A stretch of 64,000 nt of DNA from Candidatus Limnocylindria bacterium (GTDB taxonomy: Bacteria > Chloroflexota > Limnocylindria > QHBO01): the NCBI GenBank assembly GCA_036560105.1, contig DATBRU010000019.1, positions 22,252 to 86,251 of the forward strand, read 5' to 3'. Numbering within the stretch: position 1 is the first letter of the stretch; every line of letters begins with the position of its first letter. Below the pieces are notes generated by a model. That model made no database searches, was not told where the DNA came from, and was given only the letters and a program-made list of their open reading frames with translations. Below are positions 58,207 through 64,000 of the stretch, piece after piece. The position numbers were made by a program, and so were the translations under genes.

Positions 58207-59892
58207 GTGAGTGCCGAAGTCACGATGGCGGTCGCTGCCGCCGTGGTCGCCGGAACCCTCGTGGCCATGGCGTCGCGCCGCGTGCCACCCGTGCTGGCGC
58301 TTGCCGGAGGCCTGACGCTGGCCGGGATCCTCGGGCTGGCGACGGTCGAGGAGCTGCTCGCGGGACTCGCGAATCCCGGCATCATCACCATCGGCGCCAT
58401 GCTCGTCCTGGCCAAGGGAATCGTTCAGACCGGGGTGGTGACCCGGCTGACCTGGGCGCTGCTGTCGACGGCGAGGAATGCTCGCCAGGCGCTGCGGCGG
58501 CTGATGGTGCCGATCGGGCTCGCATCGGCCGTGATGAACACGACGCCACTCGTCGCGATGCTGATCCCCGCCACACGGGAGCTCGAGCAGACGCGACGCA
58601 TCCCGGCGCGCGAGGTCCTGCTGCCCATCGCGCACGTCACCACGCTTGCGGGCTCGGTGACGTTGATCGGCACGAGCTCGAACCTCCTCATCGCCGGGAT
58701 CGCAGCCGGCCAGGGGATCGAGATGGGGATGCTGTCATACGCCCCCGTGGCGCTTCCCACCGCGCTGGTGGGGTGGCTCGTCATCTATCTCGTGGCGCCG
58801 GTGTTCCTGCGCGGGAGGGTCGCGACCGAGCAGCCGGCACGGGAGTGGCGTGTCGAGATCCCCGTGACGACACATGCTCTCATCACCGGGCGGCAGGCAT
58901 CGGCCGAGGGCGTGGCGCGAACGCAGGAGTACGAGCTGGTTGCCATCCAGCGCCGGGGCAAGGCGCTTGACCCGGATGGTGAGATCGATCCCGATGACGT
59001 GCTCACGTTCTCGGCCACCGAGGCAGGCGTCACTGCACTCTGGCGCAGCCCGCTGTTCGGCCTCTCTCCGCAGCGCCTGTATGCCACCACCATCAAGCTC
59101 GCAGGGTCCCAGACGTTGCGCGACCTCGAGAGCGAGTCCCTGCGGGTGGTGGCCGCGCAGACAAACCGACCGTTGCGCGACACGGTTCCGGTGCCCGGCG
59201 ACACGTGCTTCATCACGACCGACGACGTCGATGAGATCGGCAGGAACGAAGCGTTCGCCCTGTGGCAGCCCGCTGCAGGCCGGGTTCCGCAGCCAGGCAA
59301 CACCTGGATCGCCGTCGGCATCATGGGTGCGGTGATCGCGGCAGCTACCCTCGGCCTGCTGCCGATCGTGCTGGCCGCGGTGGCGGGGGCGGTCCTGATG
59401 GTGCTGACCGGCGTCCTGACCCCCGGATCGGCCGGTCGAGCGCTCGACTGGAACGTGCTCTTCGTCCTGGCGGGGTCGGTGGGCCTCGGCGCGATCGTCG
59501 TGTCAAGCGGCCTCGCCGACCTCATTGCTGACGGCGTGCGCCTCGCGTCCGGCGGGAGTGAGCTCCTCTTCGTGATTGCGTTCGCTGCGATCACGACCGC
59601 GATGACCAACGTCATCACCAACGCCGCCGCGGCCTCGATCATCACGCCGGTCGGGATCGCGATCGCGCGCGAGTATGGAATCGACCCGACCGTGGTGCTC
59701 GCGCTGATCGGCACCTGCATCTCGTTCACGTTCCTCAACCCGTTCGGCCACCAGACCAACATGATGGTGCTGCGCCCGGGCGGTTACACGACTGCCACCT
59801 TCCTGCGCTTCGGAACGCCGGTCCTCCTCGCCGCCCTGGTCACCGCAGCCGTAGTGGCGTACCTGCTCATCAGGACCTCGGTTCTGGGCTGA
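58207..59892 (+). CDS. SLC13/DASS-type anion permease with central TrkA-C (RCK_C) domains
   Basis: Two hydrophobic permease halves flanking two soluble domains of about 80 aa (…EYELVAIQRRG… and …LRVVAAQTNRPLRD…). Confidence 0.7.
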   Translation: MSAEVTMAVAAAVVAGTLVAMASRRVPPVLALAGGLTLAGILGLATVEELLAGLANPGIITIGAMLVLAKGIVQTGVVTRLTWALLSTARNARQALRRLMVPIGLASAVMNTTPLVAMLIPATRELEQTRRIPAREVLLPIAHVTTLAGSVTLIGTSSNLLIAGIAAGQGIEMGMLSYAPVALPTALVGWLVIYLVAPVFLRGRVATEQPAREWRVEIPVTTHALITGRQASAEGVARTQEYELVAIQRRGKALDPDGEIDPDDVLTFSATEAGVTALWRSPLFGLSPQRLYATTIKLAGSQTLRDLESESLRVVAAQTNRPLRDTVPVPGDTCFITTDDVDEIGRNEAFALWQPAAGRVPQPGNTWIAVGIMGAVIAAATLGLLPIVLAAVAGAVLMVLTGVLTPGSAGRALDWNVLFVLAGSVGLGAIVVSSGLADLIADGVRLASGGSELLFVIAFAAITTAMTNVITNAAAASIITPVGIAIAREYGIDPTVVLALIGTCISFTFLNPFGHQTNMMVLRPGGYTTATFLRFGTPVLLAALVTAAVVAYLLIRTSVLG

Positions 59893-60012
59893 AGGGACGG
59901 TTGTCGCACCGGGCCAATGACGAGTAGGCTGTTCGCTCGTCGAGCACGCGACGCCGAGCGACGGAGGGACGATGCAGGAGCCGGGCTCCGCTCATGACGG
60001 GGGACAGAGGCG

Positions 60013-62142
60013 ATGGTGACCATCCAGCCGGGCGATGGCCGCCGCGTGCGCGGACGCCCTCGACAGGTCGAGCTCGAGCCTGAAGCGACACTCCCGCCAG
60101 GGCGGTTCGCGAACCGTGAGCTGTCGTGGATCGACTTCAACGAGCGCGTGCTCGAGCTCGCCGAGGACCAGGCCACTCCGCTCCTCGAGCGCGTCCGGTT
60201 TGCCGCGATCTTTGCGGGCAACCTCGACGAGTTCTTCCAGGTTCGGATCGCGACGCTGCGCAAGCAGGCGATCGCCGCGCCGGCCCTGCTGTCCGCCGAC
60301 GGCCTCGACGCTTCGATGCAGCTGCGGCTGATCGCCGAGCGCGTCGAGGGGCTGGCCCTCCGTCACGCCCGCCTGTTCACCCGCGAGCTGAAGCCGCGGC
60401 TCGCGCGCGCCGAGATCCGGATCCTCCGCTGGCGGCACGTGCCGGAGGCCGAGCAGACGGTGCTCAGCGCGTCATTCGTCGAGAGCATCCTCCCGGTCCT
60501 CACGCCACTGGCGGTCGACCCGGGCCACCCGTTCCCCTACATCTCGAACCTGTCACTCAACCTCGCGGTGTGGCTCCGGGACCCGGCCGGCCGAGAGGCG
60601 CGGTTCGCCCGCGTCAAGGTGCCGCCGCTGCTCAGCCGCTTCATGTCGGCCGGCGACGAAGCAACCTTCATCCCGGTCGAGGACGTGATTGCCGCCAACC
60701 TCGAGCTGCTCTTCCCCGGCATGGAGATCGTCTCGCGCTACCCGTTCCGCGTGACCCGTGCGGCCGACCTGGAGCTGGACGACGACATCGGAGAGGATCT
60801 CCTCCGGGCCCTCGAGGCGGAGCTCCGTCGTCTCCGATTCAGTCCGGCCGTCCGTCTCGAGGTTGCCCGTCGGATGCCGGCGCACCTCGTCGGACTGCTG
60901 GCCCGCGAGCTGCAGCTCGACGACGCCTACGTGCACCGCCTCGGCGGACCTCTCGGCCTCGTCGACCTTTGGGACATCGCCAGGATCGACCGGCCCGAGC
61001 TGTCGTATCCGGCCTACCACCCCGCCACTCCACCCGAGGTGGTCCGCCAGGCCGACGGCGAGTCCGACCTGTTCGCGACACTGAACCAGCAGGACCTGTT
61101 CGTCCACCATCCGTACGACTCGTTCACGAACACGACCGAGGCATTCATCGAACAGGCCGCGGCCGACCCTGACGTCCTCGCGATCAAGCTGACGCTGTAT
61201 CGAACGTCAGGCCAGAGCCCGATCGTCGACGCGCTCATTCGGGCGGCTGAGGCCGGCAAGCAGGTCGTCGTGCTCGTCGAGATCAAGGCTCGCTTCGATG
61301 AGCACGCCAACATCGCCTGGGCACGTACGCTGGAGCAGGCAGGCTGCCACGTCGTGTACGGGCTGATGGGCCTGAAGACCCACTGCAAGCTCGCGCTCGT
61401 CGTGCGACGCGAGTCCGATGGCATTCGGCGCTACGTCCATGTCGGAACGGGCAACTATCACCCGACTACGGCGCGCATCTACGAGGACATCGGGCTGCTC
61501 ACCTCGGACCCGGCCCTCACCGCGGACGTGAGCGGACTCTTCAACCACCTGACCGGCTACGCCCACCCGGCTGCCTACGTATCGATGATGGTGGCGCCCT
61601 TCGACATGCGCGAGCGCATCGTGACACTGATCGGAGCGCAGGCCGAGCGAGCGGCTGCGGGCAAGCCGGCGCGGATCGTCTTCAAGCTGAACAGCCTGGT
61701 CGACGAGGAGGTCATCGACGCGCTGTACTCGGCCTCGCAGGCGGGGGTCAGCATCGACGTGATCGCGCGCGGCATATGCGCGCTGCGTCCTGGTGTCAAG
61801 GGCCTGAGCGACAAGGTTCGCGTCTCGAGCATCGTGGGCCGCTTCCTCGAGCACTCCCGGATCTACCGATTCGGGGCGGACGACGAGGACGACATCTGGT
61901 TCGGCAGCGCCGACATGATGCATCGGAACCTCGACCGACGCGTCGAGGTGCTCGTCCGCGTCGCGGATCCGCAGCATCGTGCGCAGCTGCGGTCGTTCCT
62001 CGATCTCGCGGCGGGCGATCCGACCGCCTGGGAGCTCGGGCGTGACGGGACGTGGAAGCGGCGGGCGCCCCGTAACGGGCGAACGACCGGGACGCAGGAC
62101 ATGCTGATGGTCCATGCTCCTGCGCTCGGGAGCACTCGGTGA
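60013..62142 (+). CDS. ppk: polyphosphate kinase 1
   Basis: PPK1 N-, H- and two PLD-like C-domains (…NRELSWIDFNERVLELAED…, …HCKLALVVRRE…, …HSRIYRFG…). Confidence 0.9.
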   Translation: MVTIQPGDGRRVRGRPRQVELEPEATLPPGRFANRELSWIDFNERVLELAEDQATPLLERVRFAAIFAGNLDEFFQVRIATLRKQAIAAPALLSADGLDASMQLRLIAERVEGLALRHARLFTRELKPRLARAEIRILRWRHVPEAEQTVLSASFVESILPVLTPLAVDPGHPFPYISNLSLNLAVWLRDPAGREARFARVKVPPLLSRFMSAGDEATFIPVEDVIAANLELLFPGMEIVSRYPFRVTRAADLELDDDIGEDLLRALEAELRRLRFSPAVRLEVARRMPAHLVGLLARELQLDDAYVHRLGGPLGLVDLWDIARIDRPELSYPAYHPATPPEVVRQADGESDLFATLNQQDLFVHHPYDSFTNTTEAFIEQAAADPDVLAIKLTLYRTSGQSPIVDALIRAAEAGKQVVVLVEIKARFDEHANIAWARTLEQAGCHVVYGLMGLKTHCKLALVVRRESDGIRRYVHVGTGNYHPTTARIYEDIGLLTSDPALTADVSGLFNHLTGYAHPAAYVSMMVAPFDMRERIVTLIGAQAERAAAGKPARIVFKLNSLVDEEVIDALYSASQAGVSIDVIARGICALRPGVKGLSDKVRVSSIVGRFLEHSRIYRFGADDEDDIWFGSADMMHRNLDRRVEVLVRVADPQHRAQLRSFLDLAAGDPTAWELGRDGTWKRRAPRNGRTTGTQDMLMVHAPALGSTR

Positions 62143-63629
62143 GCAAACGTGAGCTCAAGCTCGCGTTGCCCGGCACGTTCACGCTACCGGCGTTGGAGCT
62201 CTCCGGCGTCGCACTCGAACCCGTCGAGCTGCCAGAGCTGAAGCTGCGGGCGACCTATCTCGACACCGCGGATCTGCGCCTCGCTCGCCACGGCGCGACC
62301 CTCCGCAAGCGGACGGGCGAGCAACCGGAACCGATCTGGACCCTGAACCTGGGGCTCCGCGCGAATGGGTCGTCGCCCGAGCGCTGGGACCGCGACTTCG
62401 AAGACGGTGGCCGCGAGCCGCCCGCCGCGGCGTCCGCCCTCGTGCGAGCCATCTCACGTCGTGCGCCGCTCGTGGTGGTGGCGACGCTGCGCATCAGGAG
62501 GCGCCGGACGCGACTGCTGGTCGACACCACGGCGGTGGCCGAGGTGGCCGACGATGAGGTCTCGGTGATGGATGGTCGGCGGGTGGTCTCACGCTTCCGC
62601 GAACTCACCGTCGACGCGCTCGAGCCAGACGTCGATCTCGATCGGATCGCCGAGCTGTTACGCGCGGCGGGCGCGACCGGAGCGGAGCCGGTCCCGAAGG
62701 TGGTCCGCGCCCTCGGCTCGCGGGCGACGGCGCCTCCCGACGTGGTTCCTCCGCACATGCCTGCCGAGCCGAGCATGGCCAATGCGGTCTCGGCCGCGCT
62801 TGCTGACGCCTACCTGCGAATGGTCCGCAACGACGCCCAGGCGCGGCTGGGGGACGTCGAGGCGGTGCATCAGCTGCGGGTCGCCCTCCGCCGCCTCCGC
62901 TCTGATCTCCGCACGTTGGACGACGCAGTCGACCCCGCCTGGCGGGCGGAGATCAGGCCCATCCTCCGCTCGCTGGGCAGCGCGCTCGGGGCGGCGCGCG
63001 ACCTCGACGTGCTCGCCGAGGGACTCCGAGCGGACAATGCTGACGAGGACGACCAGGCGACTGGCGCGCTCATCGGGCGCGTTGAAGCGCGTCGAGCCGC
63101 CGCGCATCGTGAGGTGGCCAACGCGCTCGATGACGCGGCCTATCTTGATCTGATCGACACGCTGGTTGCCGCATCCGCAGATCCGCCGCTCGGTTCCGCC
63201 GCGACGCTCGCGGCCGAGTCGGCACTGCCGGACCGTGTCGTGGCCACCTGGCGCGAGCTGCAGGAGCGCGCCGACGCCCTCGGTCCCGAGAGCCCTGATG
63301 CCGACTTCCATCGCGTTCGCATCGATGCCAAGCGAGCTCGCTACGCCGCCGAGCTCGCCGCCAGCGTCCTGTCCGGGAAGCGAGCAACGGGGGCAGCCCA
63401 CGCCGCCGCCAAGATCACCCAGATCCAGGAGTGTCTCGGCGCGCTCCAGGACGCTGCGCTCGCGGAGCAGACGATGCGCCTGGCTGGCCGTTCGACGACG
63501 TCGGCCAACGCGTTCGCCGCCGGGCGTCTGGCCGAGCGGGCCCGAATGCGCGGACTGGCTGCGCGCGCTCAGTTTCTCGAACTCTGGCCGAAGGCACGGC
63601 GCCGTCGATGGTGGAAGTGGGCCGAGTGA
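62139..63629 (+). CDS. CYTH domain plus CHAD domain protein (polyphosphate-associated)
   Basis: N-terminal CYTH (E-x-K: MSKRELKLALPG). The C-terminal helical region is assigned as CHAD by similarity to the family (no motif enumerated). GTGA overlap with the ppk stop. Confidence 0.8.
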   Translation: MSKRELKLALPGTFTLPALELSGVALEPVELPELKLRATYLDTADLRLARHGATLRKRTGEQPEPIWTLNLGLRANGSSPERWDRDFEDGGREPPAAASALVRAISRRAPLVVVATLRIRRRRTRLLVDTTAVAEVADDEVSVMDGRRVVSRFRELTVDALEPDVDLDRIAELLRAAGATGAEPVPKVVRALGSRATAPPDVVPPHMPAEPSMANAVSAALADAYLRMVRNDAQARLGDVEAVHQLRVALRRLRSDLRTLDDAVDPAWRAEIRPILRSLGSALGAARDLDVLAEGLRADNADEDDQATGALIGRVEARRAAAHREVANALDDAAYLDLIDTLVAASADPPLGSAATLAAESALPDRVVATWRELQERADALGPESPDADFHRVRIDAKRARYAAELAASVLSGKRATGAAHAAAKITQIQECLGALQDAALAEQTMRLAGRSTTSANAFAAGRLAERARMRGLAARAQFLELWPKARRRRWWKWAE

Positions 63630-63701
63630 CCTTGCGACCGTAGCCGTGACCGCGACGGGCGGGCCGCCGCCGGGTCGGCTCGGACGCGGCGCCTCGACCC
63701 G

Positions 63702-64000
63702 ATGAAGGCGCTCGGGCTGCGGTTGGAGGATGTCGCATTGGCCGGCTGGAACCTCGCCGGTGTGCCGTTGGTGGCGGCCAGCGCGCTGGCGCCGGTCCTG
63801 GCATTCGGCGGTGAGCCCAGTGCGGCTGCCGGGACCATTCAGCTCCTCGCCGTGGGCGGCGCAATTGTCGCGATCGCGACCCGCCCGCTCGGCGCACCGC
63901 CACCGTCCGCCCTCCCGTCGAGCGAGGCGCGGCTCGGCTTCATCGCGCCACTCGTCGGCGCGATCACCCTGGTGGCCGGTTCGGCATCGGCGCACCTTGA
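63702..64000 (+). CDS. hypothetical membrane protein, N-terminal fragment (runs off the window)
   Basis: Begins with ATG at 63702 and encodes hydrophobic Ala/Gly/Leu-rich segments; no stop within the window. Confidence 0.3.
   Translation, partial: MKALGLRLEDVALAGWNLAGVPLVAASALAPVLAFGGEPSAAAGTIQLLAVGGAIVAIATRPLGAPPPSALPSSEARLGFIAPLVGAITLVAGSASAHL

Noticed and set aside
55470-58415. 981-aa minus-strand ORF
   Set aside because: It is antisense to dnaE2 and has no domain content; it is a shadow ORF.

Overview
This is a 64-kb segment of a high-GC (about 70%+) bacterial chromosome. Gene content and signals (Rho with an RG-rich N-terminal extension, GAAC-N4-GTTC LexA boxes, CCA-encoded tRNAs) suggest an actinobacterial-like or Chloroflexi-like organism. 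The window is mostly core genome and is densely coded on both strands. Many long ORFs in the supplied track are antisense shadow ORFs produced by the lack of stop codons in high-GC DNA, and I rejected them. I found no CRISPR arrays, transposases or integrases.

Genes in map order, with coordinates in the features list:
- Fatty-acid synthesis: fabD followed by two tandem beta-ketoacyl-ACP synthases, the last one truncated by the window edge.
- M20 peptidase and an MFS transporter.
- GMC oxidoreductase with a small Tat-signal subunit.
- RDD-family membrane protein.
- A tight four-gene operon: aldehyde dehydrogenase, Rieske protein, membrane protein, and a fused MoaD-MoaE (MoaX-like) molybdopterin synthase.
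- Two tandem paralogous membrane-anchored proteins.
- Arginase-family ureohydrolase.
- DUF2203-like protein, then pseudouridine kinase and pseudouridine-5'-phosphate glycosidase (psuK-psuG).
- UbiA prenyltransferase, whose 3' end and downstream region carry a tandem direct repeat of about 90 bp.
- pyrG, a conserved hypothetical, rho, a lipoprotein MurNAc-L-Ala amidase and an M23 peptidase.
- obg-nadD-rsfS.
- comEA-comEC-HD-holA.
- leuS.
- Two tRNA-Ala genes.
- A TetR regulator coupled to a PEP-utilizing phosphotransferase.
- A NitT/TauT-type ABC importer next to an Rrf2 regulator.
- A MerR/TipAL regulator with a textbook 19-bp-spacer promoter.
- A split SOS mutasome: LexA box, imuA-imuB and a coupled 84-aa ORF; about 5 kb further on, a second LexA box and dnaE2.
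- An F420/RibD-like cluster between the two mutasome halves.
- SLC13-type transporter, ppk1 and a CYTH-CHAD protein.

The most interesting observations are:
- the split mutasome with perfect Cheo boxes and an extra translationally coupled gene;
- the MoaX-type fusion operon;
- the AT-rich palindromic elements, which are conspicuous in this GC-rich background;
- the tandem repeat after the UbiA gene;
- an apparent 295-nt overlap between comEC and the HD gene.

I did not recognise any obvious novel multi-gene defence or secondary-metabolite system.
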